Part shown: in pieces, positions 17,177-25,773 of the stretch
How positions within the stretch are numbered: the first letter of the stretch is position 1
How the letters are laid out: each line of letters opens with the position of its first letter
IMG/VR virus record: IMGVR_UViG_3300035156_000072
Span: 1-55,913 of that record
Reading direction: 5' to 3' (one strand)
DNA: 55,913 bases
Source of the DNA: a virus
Made by a program: the position numbers and the translations under genes
Notes under the pieces: generated by a model
Databases searched by the model: none
Seen by the model: the letters and a program-made list of their open reading frames with translations, nothing else
Told to the model about the DNA's origin: nothing

Positions 17177-18316
17177 TTATCCTCTTTTGCCTAGCAGACG
17201 ATTTGCCCGCGTTGTTGCGCTGGAACGTACCAGCTTTGCGCCGATTAACGGGCGTTCGGTGAAGGCGGCGACAACCGCAGCCGGGACGCCCCGGCGTTTT
17301 GCCTCCGCTGGTGTGACGAACCCGGCGGGCTTGGTCAAATCCTTACCCGTCGCCATGCTCAATGTCGCCGCATCTAACCCGGCTTTCCACCGGGTGTTTG
17401 CGTATTGAGGGTCACGCCCGTAATTCGGTATGACGCGACCCGTGCTGATGCGATGCGACGCCATTTCGCGCAATGCCTCAAGCTGGTTTGTGAGCGTAGC
17501 GAGCGCAGTCGTTTTCACGTCCAATTCATACGACAACGCGTCATCGGGTATGTCGTTAGGTACGGCGCGTTCGCTCGCATCAATCGCGTTGAGCGCCGCA
17601 GCGTGTGCCGCCGGGCAGATGGCGAGCGCGTGGCAACCTTGACATTGCGGACCCGTGTTGAGTATGTCGCCAAGGCTGGAAAGCTTGGTGTGCAGTTCGG
17701 TGTAAAGCGCCATGAGCGTCGCATAGTCGATAGACCACGTGCGCAAAATGCCGTCAGGGTGATACGGGCGCGGCTGGTGTATCCGTAAGTCAATCCGTGT
17801 CGGCTGTATCTGGCGTGTGACGCAGTAACCGATGGCATGCCAAATCAGCGACCAATGCCCCTGCGGCTCAACCAACCGCCAACCGTATTTCAGGTCATCA
17901 ACGGTCAAAACACCGGTATCGGGTCGCCACTTGATGTGATCGGCGCGACCGTTTACGCGCCACACGTCGCAACCAAATGACGTGTCGGTTTCCATTTCGC
18001 CGCAGTCAAGTTCTGACAAATACTGCGCAACGTGTTCCGCCATGTCACCCGACATATAAATTCCGTTGGGTGCCTTGCGGTCAATCAATTCCTCAAGCGT
18101 GCAAGCGTTGTTGAACGCGGCGAGCGCCATATAGTGCGCTGCGGTTCCCTCATCACGTGCCGTTGTATCGGGTGGCGGTAACGGTGCGCCCGCATCATCG
18201 TAAAAAACTGTATCGGCGGGAGGATACGCAGGCATGTTGCGCGAACCTTCGCATGCGATGATGCGTGGTAGTGCGTCTGCGGTCGTTACAAACATGCCTG
18301 CGTTCCCCTGTGTCAC
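17177..18316 (-). CDS. PD-(D/E)XK nuclease, DUF2800 / Cas4-like with C-terminal Cys cluster
   Basis: VDDLKYGWRLVEPQGHWSLIWHAIGY resembles the DUF2800 core. A cysteine cluster follows (CQGCHALAICPA). Confidence 0.6.
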   Translation of the reverse strand: MTQGNAGMFVTTADALPRIIACEGSRNMPAYPPADTVFYDDAGAPLPPPDTTARDEGTAAHYMALAAFNNACTLEELIDRKAPNGIYMSGDMAEHVAQYLSELDCGEMETDTSFGCDVWRVNGRADHIKWRPDTGVLTVDDLKYGWRLVEPQGHWSLIWHAIGYCVTRQIQPTRIDLRIHQPRPYHPDGILRTWSIDYATLMALYTELHTKLSSLGDILNTGPQCQGCHALAICPAAHAAALNAIDASERAVPNDIPDDALSYELDVKTTALATLTNQLEALREMASHRISTGRVIPNYGRDPQYANTRWKAGLDAATLSMATGKDLTKPAGFVTPAEAKRRGVPAAVVAAFTERPLIGAKLVRSSATTRANRLLGKRG

Positions 18317-18319
18317 TGT

Positions 18320-19129
18320 TTACCAGCGACCATCTTGTTGCATCACCTGAACGGCCCAAGGCACAATGCGAGGATCATTCAACACGATAACGTCGGTGAT
18401 GACGTTGAGCGTAACGCCGAACGCAGTTGCGATTTTCTGCGTCAGTTCAGCCATATATTCCGGCGTAATCAGCGGTAGGCCGTCCGCACCCTTAATTTGG
18501 GTTTTCAGGCCGATTTGCTGCATGAAGCCGCTGAAATCCAGCGTTGCAGGGTCAACGGCTGCGGCGACAGGCTCCGGGGCTGGTGCAGGCATCGGAGGCG
18601 CGAGAGGCGGTGCCGGGGCGGCTTCCACGGGCGGTACGGGCATAGGCGGCGCGAGAGGCGGTGCCATGGGGATTGGCGGCGCTTCGACCGGAGGGACGGG
18701 CAACGGCGGTGCCATGGGAATTGGCGGCACGGGGACGGGCGCGGGCATGGGAACCGGAGGGGCGACGGGTGGTGTAGGAAGCGCCGGGGCCGGGGCTTGA
18801 GCGCGGGCAGCGCGTTGTTCCGCTTCGACCTGCGCAACTAGCTCATCACTGACGCCGCGCCGCTGACGCCATAGACCCTTGGTGGTCAACGTCGGCTTTT
18901 CGCTGTGAATGCGGGCGTCATGTGAAATGCCGTTGGCGTCCACCTGACCCGGTGCGGCTGCGGTATCGCCCGGCTGCGTATCGTCATCGTCGCCACCGGG
19001 TGCGGCGGGCATCGGCGGAACGGGCGGCGTAGAGGGTGCCGGAGCGGCGACGGCTGCGCCGTCCGGTAGCGAGGCGAGAACGGCGGCAATTACCGCTGCG
19101 CTACCTTCGATCATAAGGGATAGCTTCAT
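18320..19129 (-). CDS. hypothetical protein with proline-rich tandem repeats
   Basis: 269 aa with RBS TAGGAG. The central part reads PVPMPAPVPVPPIPMAPPLPVPPVEAPPIPMAPPLAPPMPVPPVEAAP, encoded by imperfect ~50-60-nt tandem repeats. The C-terminal domain is globular. Confidence 0.6.
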   Translation of the reverse strand: MKLSLMIEGSAAVIAAVLASLPDGAAVAAPAPSTPPVPPMPAAPGGDDDDTQPGDTAAAPGQVDANGISHDARIHSEKPTLTTKGLWRQRRGVSDELVAQVEAEQRAARAQAPAPALPTPPVAPPVPMPAPVPVPPIPMAPPLPVPPVEAPPIPMAPPLAPPMPVPPVEAAPAPPLAPPMPAPAPEPVAAAVDPATLDFSGFMQQIGLKTQIKGADGLPLITPEYMAELTQKIATAFGVTLNVITDVIVLNDPRIVPWAVQVMQQDGRW

Positions 19130-19242
19130 GGTTTGGGTTAGCTCCTATGGCGAGAATGTCCGACCGTGATAAACATTATACCGGGCTAGGTCTAGCTATT
19201 TTTTATCCGCCCGGCTAAAGCACGCAATAGGAGAATAGCGCC

Positions 19243-19854
19243 ATGGTCGATTATGTAATTCCTTGCGAGACGCTGACACGTCTTATGAGTGTAGCCACCG
19301 ACAAATATGGTCCGTGGTTTGATAGCGTCCGCATCGATAACGGGTTGGCCGTCGCTAGCAATAGTAAGTTTGTAGTCTGTGAGAGGCTGCTAGTGGACGT
19401 GGTGCCCGGCGTCATTCACATTCGCAACGATGCTGCGTTGATGGCGCAATGCGCTCAAGAGGCGCCATGGAATAGCAATCTGACGATTACGGTGTTGCCC
19501 GAATTCGGACTTGCGAGCGCTAAAACCACGCTTGGTTATCTGCACACCGCCAACCCTGTCATATTCGATGCGGAGCGCAGCAAATTCGACGGGTGGCGAC
19601 AGGTGTTCGACCGCGTGCGCGAACCGGCACCGGAGGCAAGCGGGGCGATGTATTGGAACACTGACACAATCGTCATGCTGTCGCGCGCAAGCCCGTCCGG
19701 TGCGGTTGTGTTTGAGGAACGGATTGACGCGAACCGGGGTGCGCTGTTGCGCGACAGTATCGATCCGAATTGGTGTGCAATACTAGCATCGTATCCAGAG
19801 GGTGAAGATGCGCTAGTGACGCCCGCAACGCTTCCGGCATGGTTGACCGCATGA
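19243..19854 (+). CDS. hypothetical protein (203 aa), first gene of the rightward DNA-metabolism operon
   Basis: The RBS TAGGAG lies 9 nt upstream of the ATG. No motif recognised. Confidence 0.6.
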   Translation: MVDYVIPCETLTRLMSVATDKYGPWFDSVRIDNGLAVASNSKFVVCERLLVDVVPGVIHIRNDAALMAQCAQEAPWNSNLTITVLPEFGLASAKTTLGYLHTANPVIFDAERSKFDGWRQVFDRVREPAPEASGAMYWNTDTIVMLSRASPSGAVVFEERIDANRGALLRDSIDPNWCAILASYPEGEDALVTPATLPAWLTA

Positions 19855-20276
19855 TACCCGCCAATTGCCTTGTTCCGCACAAGCCCGATGAGGGCAAATA
19901 CGGCGACTGTCTGCGCGCCTGTATCGCAACCATGCTGTCGCTGGATAGCGAGGATGTGCCGCACTTTTACCACGACGGCTGCGACGGTGACACAGGGCAC
20001 GCGCGCATGGTGGAATATCTCGCATCGCAAGGCTTGGTGGTTGTGGTACTTAGCGGCGGCGAGAGCGGGACGCGTGACGAGATTGTTACGCAATTCGGCA
20101 CCGCCAACCCGAATGCGCCTTATATGCTTTTTGGCGGTATGCCCGGCGGCGGTGATCATGTCGTTGTGTGCAAGGGTGGCGCGGTGTTCCATGATCCGGC
20201 GTGGATCAAGGTAATGATGAGCGGCCCAACATCGCAAGGTGTGTGGTTAATCATGGTTCTGGTGCGTGCCGCTTGA
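19851..20276 (+). CDS. hypothetical protein, possible papain-fold (C39-like) Cys/His enzyme
   Basis: ATGA overlap with the upstream gene. GDCLRACIA (candidate Cys nucleophile) and GGGDHVVVC (candidate His) are spaced as in small cysteine peptidases. Weak assignment. Confidence 0.35.
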   Translation: MIPANCLVPHKPDEGKYGDCLRACIATMLSLDSEDVPHFYHDGCDGDTGHARMVEYLASQGLVVVVLSGGESGTRDEIVTQFGTANPNAPYMLFGGMPGGGDHVVVCKGGAVFHDPAWIKVMMSGPTSQGVWLIMVLVRAA

Positions 20277-21916
20277 GCGACCTACGCGACATTTATCAAG
20301 CGCAAATGGAGCGCGAGACTTACGACGCTTGGACGGGTGGCGCGCGCACCGTCTTGGGCGTGCTTCCGACAGGCGGCGGCAAGTCCGTATACCTCAACAA
20401 CATTGTGCAGCGTGAACACAGCGCGGGAGCGGTAACCGCAGAGGTTGCGCACCGCACAGAGCTTGTGTCGCAACTGTCATCACATGTGGCGTCCCGTGGC
20501 ATATTCCACCGCATCATTGCACCAAAGGATGTGGTTTCCGGCATCGTCGCAGAACACCGCGAATTGTACGGGCGTTCATTCGTAAACCCCGATGCAAACG
20601 CAGCGGTTGCCGCAATCGATACACTGTTAGCCCGTGCGTCGCAGTTGCAGTCGTGGTGCGAACAAGTCGATTTGGTGTGCGGTGATGAGGGGCACCACTG
20701 GCTAAAATCCAACAAATGGGGTCGCGGGTTCGGTATGTTCCGCAACGCGAAAGGGTTGTTGGTAACCGCTTCGCCCTCGCGTACAGACGGTATGGGGCTA
20801 GGGTCGCACCATGATGGTCTAGCGGATCACATGGTGATCGGGCCGAACATGCGCCAATTGATCGATATGGGCGCGCTGTGTGATTATGAGCTTGTGTGCC
20901 CAACGTCCGACTTGGAAGCCGGGCCGGATGATTTCAACAAGGAAGGCGAATTGTCACCCAAGCGCGGACGGGTGCTGTCGAAAAAATCTCGCATCGTCGG
21001 TGATATCGTGTCGCGGTATCTGCAATTTGGATACGGCAAGCGCACAATTGTATTCGTCACGGACGTTGAGACGGCGGGCGAGGTCGCAGCGAAATTCAAC
21101 GCGTTTGGCATCACCGCAGCGGCGGTGAATGGCGAGACTGACCGCGCCGTGCGTCGCGAGTACATCAAGCGGTTCCGTGACGGTCGGTTGACCGTGCTAG
21201 TCAACGTCGATTTGTTCGGTGAAGGTTTCGACGTACCAGCGTGTGAATGCGTGATCATGGCCCGCCCAACCGGCTCGCTTGCCGTGTACCTGCAACAGTT
21301 CGGGCGTGCGCTGCGTCTGATGCTTGGCAAGCTGTACGGCCTGATTATCGATATGGTCGGTAATTTCAAGCGCCACGGTTACCCTGACAAATTCCACGCG
21401 TGGTCACTCGACCGGCGCGACAAAAAAGCCAAGGTCATACCCGACCCGGAATTAATCGACCTGACCGGGTGTCGCCATTGCAGCAAGCCATATGAACGCG
21501 TGTTGCCCGCCTGTCCGTGGTGCGGCATGGAACCGCCTGCACCTGTCGGCGGGGCGCGCACCTTGGACGTGGTTGACGGGGATATGACCCTGTTAGACCG
21601 TGAGACGCTAGCCGCCATGCGCGCCGCCGCGATGCTTGAGGAACCTAGCGCGGTTGGCGGGCGTGTCGCAGCCGTCGCAGGGGGCGCAGCGGGGCAAAGC
21701 ATCGCCAACAAGCAAGTTGCCCGCATACAGGCACAGCAACGGCTTGAGGCGGTATTTAATCAGTACGCCGGGGTGCAGCGTTCCAAGGGTCGCAGCGACC
21801 GTGAGACGCACAAGCGCATATACATGACATTGGGTTGCAGCGTCCTAGAGGCGATGGCGCAACCGCGCGAGGATATGGAGCGGTTAGCCGCAACGGTAGA
21901 GGGATGGTATCGATGA
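20273..21916 (+). CDS. SF2 DEAD/DEAH-box helicase (ResIII-like) with C-terminal zinc ribbon
   Basis: Walker A is LPTGGGKS, motif II is GDEGHH, and helicase-C motifs include QQFGRALR. The zinc ribbon reads CRHCSKPYERVLPACPWC. The start is taken at a TTG overlapping the upstream TGA; ATG 20306 is an alternative. Confidence 0.8.
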   Translation: MSDLRDIYQAQMERETYDAWTGGARTVLGVLPTGGGKSVYLNNIVQREHSAGAVTAEVAHRTELVSQLSSHVASRGIFHRIIAPKDVVSGIVAEHRELYGRSFVNPDANAAVAAIDTLLARASQLQSWCEQVDLVCGDEGHHWLKSNKWGRGFGMFRNAKGLLVTASPSRTDGMGLGSHHDGLADHMVIGPNMRQLIDMGALCDYELVCPTSDLEAGPDDFNKEGELSPKRGRVLSKKSRIVGDIVSRYLQFGYGKRTIVFVTDVETAGEVAAKFNAFGITAAAVNGETDRAVRREYIKRFRDGRLTVLVNVDLFGEGFDVPACECVIMARPTGSLAVYLQQFGRALRLMLGKLYGLIIDMVGNFKRHGYPDKFHAWSLDRRDKKAKVIPDPELIDLTGCRHCSKPYERVLPACPWCGMEPPAPVGGARTLDVVDGDMTLLDRETLAAMRAAAMLEEPSAVGGRVAAVAGGAAGQSIANKQVARIQAQQRLEAVFNQYAGVQRSKGRSDRETHKRIYMTLGCSVLEAMAQPREDMERLAATVEGWYR

Positions 21917-22410
21917 CGTGCCGCGCCGTCATCAGTCCGTGTGGGTTGTTCCGATACCTCATTGAGCAAGAGCTAACAGGCGACGGCCCTAGTGCGTCGG
22001 TGTGCATGGTCAACCCGTCAACGGCGGATGGTGTCGTATCGGACGCGACCAAGCGAAAGCTTGACGGGTTCGGCGCGCGGCTCAATTGGTCGCGGTACAG
22101 CATCGTCAACAAGCACGGGTTCAGGGCAACGGATGTGAATGCGCTAAAAGTCGCACCGGACCCGATAGGCCCGTTGAATGACAATCACATAATAAGCGCA
22201 ATGCTCGCCACCGATATAACCGTTGTCGCATGGGGCGCACTAGGTAAGTTGCCGCCGCAGCTTCGCAACAGATGGCGCGTGGTCGCCGGAATTGCCGCCG
22301 CGCTCAACCGTCCGCTTTATTGTTGGGGTGTCTGTGCAGATGGTCACCCGAAACACCCGGTCATGATCGGTTACGACAGTCAACTTGTAGAATGGAACCC
22401 GCCGCTATGA
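21913..22410 (+). CDS. DUF1643-family protein
   Basis: ATGA overlap with the helicase stop. It carries the characteristic MVNPSTAD motif near the N-terminus. Confidence 0.55.
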   Translation: MTCRAVISPCGLFRYLIEQELTGDGPSASVCMVNPSTADGVVSDATKRKLDGFGARLNWSRYSIVNKHGFRATDVNALKVAPDPIGPLNDNHIISAMLATDITVVAWGALGKLPPQLRNRWRVVAGIAAALNRPLYCWGVCADGHPKHPVMIGYDSQLVEWNPPL

Positions 22411-22889
22411 CACATAAGCTATACGCAGGCATTGGCGCACGTGCGACGCCACCGGACGTGTTGCAGCGCATGCAGGGTATCGGGCTGATGCTCGCAATGA
22501 GCGGGTGGAAGCTGCGCAGCGGCGGGGCGCACGGTGCCGATTTAGCGTTTGAGGTCGGGTCGTCATCGGCGGGTGTGAAGCCTGAAATTTTTGTGGCGCT
22601 CAACGCCTCGCGCAACCCGGCGTGGTTCAACCATGCTAGCAAATATCACCCGAAATGGGATAGCCTGTCGCGAGGGGCGCAACAGTTGCACGCGCGCAAT
22701 TCGGCAATCGTCCTAGGCGCTGACCTGCAAACCCCTGTGCGGTTCATTGTCTGTTGGACGCCGGGCGGGGCTGTGACCGGCGGCACCGGTCAAGCGCTGC
22801 GCATCGCCGCTGACTACAGCATACCGGTGTTTAACCTCGCCACGGATGGCGCAGAGTTAGACATGTGGGCTAAGACGGCGCAGCTATGA
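22407..22889 (+). CDS. DprA/Smf-like Rossmann (SLOG-type) protein
   Basis: ATGA overlap with the upstream gene. Contains AGIGARATP...LRSGGAHGADLAFE and ...CWTPGGAVTGGTGQALRIA, as in short DprA-like phage/plasmid proteins. Confidence 0.5.
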   Translation: MTHKLYAGIGARATPPDVLQRMQGIGLMLAMSGWKLRSGGAHGADLAFEVGSSSAGVKPEIFVALNASRNPAWFNHASKYHPKWDSLSRGAQQLHARNSAIVLGADLQTPVRFIVCWTPGGAVTGGTGQALRIAADYSIPVFNLATDGAELDMWAKTAQL

Positions 22890-23647
22890 TGCAGGCCTGC
22901 ATCATCGGCAATCAAGCGATGTGGTTAGGTGACTGCCTAGACATGATGCGCCACATACCCGCCGGTTCGGTTGATATGGTACTCTGTGATCTGCCTTACG
23001 GCACAACCGCTTGCGCATGGGATCAAGTTATACCGTTTGAACCGCTATGGCGCGAGTATTGGCGCGTGTGTAAGCCTAACGCGGCGGTTGTGTTGACCGC
23101 CTCGCAACCGTTCACGTCGGCGCTGGTAATGTCGCAGCCGGAAGCGTTTAAGGTTGAGTGGATTTGGCGCAAAAATGCGGGATCAAATTTTGCAGCCGTC
23201 AAATTCGTTCCAATGAAAGAACATGAAAGTATTTGCGTATTTGGTAAAGGTCGGACGGTGTATAATCCCATCATGCAGCAAAGAGCCGAAAGCGGTTTTG
23301 CAAGACAGAAAACACCCGTCAAATCCAATACTAAAGCCGGTCAAACAAATGACGTTTATGGTGTTGGTAAATCAGTTTCTAAAATGATTGGGACAGAACG
23401 TGTGCCATCATCGGTGCAAGATTTCAAACGTGAACGCGGTCTGCACCCAACACAAAAGCCGGTCGCGCTCTTTGAGTACCTGATTAAGACGTACACCAAC
23501 CCCGGCGAATTGGTCTTAGATAATTGCAGCGGGTCAGGTACAACGGCTGTCGCAGCGCAAGCGACCGGTCGCCGGTCGATATGTATTGAACGTGACCCCG
23601 GCTATTATTACCAGAGCGTAGGGCGCATGTTAGGGGCTGTGCAATGA
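22886..23647 (+). CDS. DNA methyltransferase (N6-adenine/N4-cytosine, beta class)
   Basis: Motif IV is CDLPYG near the N-terminus. Motif I region reads HPTQKPVALFEYLIKTYTNPGELVLDNCSGSGTT near the C-terminus. Confidence 0.85.
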   Translation: MMQACIIGNQAMWLGDCLDMMRHIPAGSVDMVLCDLPYGTTACAWDQVIPFEPLWREYWRVCKPNAAVVLTASQPFTSALVMSQPEAFKVEWIWRKNAGSNFAAVKFVPMKEHESICVFGKGRTVYNPIMQQRAESGFARQKTPVKSNTKAGQTNDVYGVGKSVSKMIGTERVPSSVQDFKRERGLHPTQKPVALFEYLIKTYTNPGELVLDNCSGSGTTAVAAQATGRRSICIERDPGYYYQSVGRMLGAVQ

Positions 23648-24045
23648 GCAAGGGTCATAGCGAAGCATGGGTAGCGCAACAGGCGCAGTTGCAGCATGTG
23701 CGGCTGTGCAATGGTCCGGTGTTCAGAAACAACAATGGCGCGTGCACCGATGAAACGGGGCGGCTAATCCGGTACGGGTTAGGCAACATATCAAAGCAAA
23801 TGAATGATGAAATCAAATCATCTGATTACATCGCCATAACACCAACGCTGATATTGCCGCATATGGTCGGGTATTCACTCGGTGTGTTCACGGCGTATGA
23901 GACTAAGCCGGAAGGGTGGCGCTTAACACCGGGCGACAAGCGTGGTAACGCTCAAGCCAAGTTTCACCAGATAGTACGGGACGCGTGCGGCTTTGCAGGG
24001 TTTGTGACCGGGCCTGACGATGTTGCGAGGATCATAGGGCGATGA
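23644..24045 (+). CDS. VRR-NUC-like PD-(D/E)XK nuclease
   Basis: ATGA overlap with the upstream gene. Pattern is SSDYIAI...FTAYETKPEG...AQAKFHQIVRDACGFAGFV (D...E-x-K...Q). Confidence 0.45.
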   Translation: MSKGHSEAWVAQQAQLQHVRLCNGPVFRNNNGACTDETGRLIRYGLGNISKQMNDEIKSSDYIAITPTLILPHMVGYSLGVFTAYETKPEGWRLTPGDKRGNAQAKFHQIVRDACGFAGFVTGPDDVARIIGR

Positions 24046-24344
24046 CACACACGACCCACGGGCAGACGGTCAGACAGGCGATATTGGACGCCGGGCTAGC
24101 CCTGTGGCGCTCCGATGGTCCGCAGGCCGTCAGCGCCCGGCGTATCGCGTCGCAACTAGGCATGACGCACGGTAACGTCAGATACCACACGCGCGAGGCG
24201 GCGACGGTCAGCGACGCCGTGGCGGTTGAGGCGGTGCGCGTCGCGTGTCCCGTGGTGGTGCCGCAGCTAATCGCGTGCCGCCATGCTGCGGTTGCAGACA
24301 TGGCGGCTGATGAGCGGCGGGCGTGGATGGCCGGGGCGGGTTAG
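24042..24344 (+). CDS. TetR-type HTH domain protein (DNA-binding domain only)
   Basis: 100 aa. RQAILDAGLALWRSDGPQAVSARRIASQLGMTHGNVRYH matches the TetR N-terminal HTH pattern. No ligand-binding domain is present. Confidence 0.5.
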   Translation: MTHTTHGQTVRQAILDAGLALWRSDGPQAVSARRIASQLGMTHGNVRYHTREAATVSDAVAVEAVRVACPVVVPQLIACRHAAVADMAADERRAWMAGAG

Positions 24345-24688
24345 TCGGCGGCTGCGAACCCGCCATGGTCTGCGATGACTTGTGCAATGATGCTCACCGG
24401 CACCCAACCATAAACCGTTTCGGTTGGTGCGCTGGCGTCTTCGACATAGGGCATAAACGCCTCGACCCGTTCGCTTGGGAAACCCAACTCAACCGCATCA
24501 TACGGACCATTTGAATTGCGCGGCGAACAATAATGAAAAGCGCTCGCCTGCATTGAAAATGACAAACCACCCTGCGTTTTGATTGGTGGTACTTGCTCCA
24601 AGTGTTCTGCCAAAATCGGGTTGTCTGAACGGCGCTTGTTTGCGTCAAGTCGGTTCAACAGTTCGGCTTCAATTTCTTGAACGGTCAT
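24341..24688 (-). CDS. hypothetical protein (115 aa)
   Basis: The start is taken at internal ATG 24688 (MTVQEIEAELL...), which abuts the conserved leader and SD (TTTTGGAGCGCGTACTC-ATG). Confidence 0.55.
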   Translation of the reverse strand: MTVQEIEAELLNRLDANKRRSDNPILAEHLEQVPPIKTQGGLSFSMQASAFHYCSPRNSNGPYDAVELGFPSERVEAFMPYVEDASAPTETVYGWVPVSIIAQVIADHGGFAAAD

Positions 24689-24775
24689 GAGTACGCGCTC
24701 CAAAAGCGTGACCGGTGCGGCCCGCTGTGACACCCTTAAATCACGGCGCAACGGTTGGTGCAAGAGTTATTTTGC
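24686..24775 (-). promoter_or_regulatory. promoter-leader cassette (type-B leader)
   Basis: Minus strand reads AAAATAACTCTTGCAC-CAACCGTTGCGCCGTGA-TTTAAG-GGTGTCACAGCGGGCCGCACCGGTCACGC...ATG. Confidence 0.55.
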
Positions 24776-24868
24776 AAGCAGAGTGCAGATAAACATAACG
24801 CCACCGAAAAGACCCAAAACCAAACCGACAATTAGACCTAGGATGTATGCTCTAAGTTCGTTGCGCAT
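24767..24868 (-). CDS. small hydrophobic peptide (33 aa)
   Basis: MRNELRAYILGLIVGLVLGLFGGVMFICTLLAK has a single TM helix. The stop TAA lies inside the AAAATAA element of the next promoter cassette. Below the ORF-track cutoff. Confidence 0.35.
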   Translation of the reverse strand: MRNELRAYILGLIVGLVLGLFGGVMFICTLLAK

Positions 24869-25160
24869 ATTTCAATCTTTCATACCACGCCGCCACACCC
24901 GGCAAATCCGGGTGCGCGTGTATCCATTGGCCGGTGTGTGGTGACCATTCGGTGCGCCACCACGCGTCAAGCGCCGGATTGCCCGTCCGCATATCAGGAC
25001 GGATACGCAGCGACAGGGCGTCAAATTCCGCGTCCGATACCAGCGGTGCCGCCTGTAGCTCATAAGCGTATGCGTACACCGCAAGCATGATGCGCCGTTG
25101 CCGCTCACGTTCGACGGGCGAACCCCATTTAAAGAGAGCGGGGGCAGGGTGGCCGGTCAT
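24852..25160 (-). CDS. hypothetical protein (102 aa)
   Basis: The start is taken at internal ATG 25160 (MTGHPAPALF...). It contains AVYAYAYELQAAPLVSDAEFDAL, which resembles the N-terminal helix pair of NAD-dependent ligases. Confidence 0.5.
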   Translation of the reverse strand: MTGHPAPALFKWGSPVERERQRRIMLAVYAYAYELQAAPLVSDAEFDALSLRIRPDMRTGNPALDAWWRTEWSPHTGQWIHAHPDLPGVAAWYERLKYAQRT

Positions 25161-25199
25161 CTTTTTTATCCCAACGCAGACCGCACCAACACACCATTT

Positions 25200-25269
25200 C
25201 GTCGCCCTCTGACCGGGCGGTGCACGTTCGCCAGCTTGTGACGGGTGCACGGGCGGTCAGAGGGCGACG
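25200..25269. repeat. 16-bp perfect inverted repeat with two internal GGTGCACG boxes
   Basis: CGTCGCCCTCTGACCG (25200..25215) pairs with CGGTCAGAGGGCGACG (25254..25269). The 38-nt loop carries GGTGCACG twice. The element is intergenic. Confidence 0.8.
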
Positions 25270-25277
25270 GCGGCGCA

Positions 25278-25772
25278 TCAGAGGGGCTTACCGGTCATGG
25301 GTGGTGTAATGCTGTAGTCAGCCGGGCGCGCGTCACGCATCACGAACGGTGCAGCGGACGTGGGGAATTCGTCGCGACGTTCGCCCCACATGATGTGAAA
25401 ATCGGTCCCTTTACCCTTGCCGGTCATGGCGTCGAAAAAGTTGTTATGTGCTGCGCTGTAATACACGTAAGGCGGTATCTCGCCGCCCGCGCTGATGGTC
25501 TGCACCACGTCTTGTATGGTCACGGGTTGCAGGTCCATTGCGATGGTTTCCGCCGGGCGCGTGCGTTCCATGCTCGCCATGAGTGAAGCGAACCCGACCC
25601 ATTCGCCACGCGGCGACAGGTCAGCGACAATCGCCTCTGTGAGTTGCTTGGCGACCGCTGCGTTGCCTAGCACGCCGCTGATGTAGTGCCGCAGGTCGTC
25701 AACCAACGCCTCATGTTCGGTTGCAAAATCGGTTCCCGCGTCGCTGCGGAAACATACGGTGCGTTGGGCCAT
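25278..25772 (-). CDS. hypothetical protein (164 aa)
   Basis: The start is taken at internal ATG 25772 (MAQRTVCF...), 1 nt after the upstream TGA. Confidence 0.55.
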   Translation of the reverse strand: MAQRTVCFRSDAGTDFATEHEALVDDLRHYISGVLGNAAVAKQLTEAIVADLSPRGEWVGFASLMASMERTRPAETIAMDLQPVTIQDVVQTISAGGEIPPYVYYSAAHNNFFDAMTGKGKGTDFHIMWGERRDEFPTSAAPFVMRDARPADYSITPPMTGKPL

Positions 25773-25773
25773 G

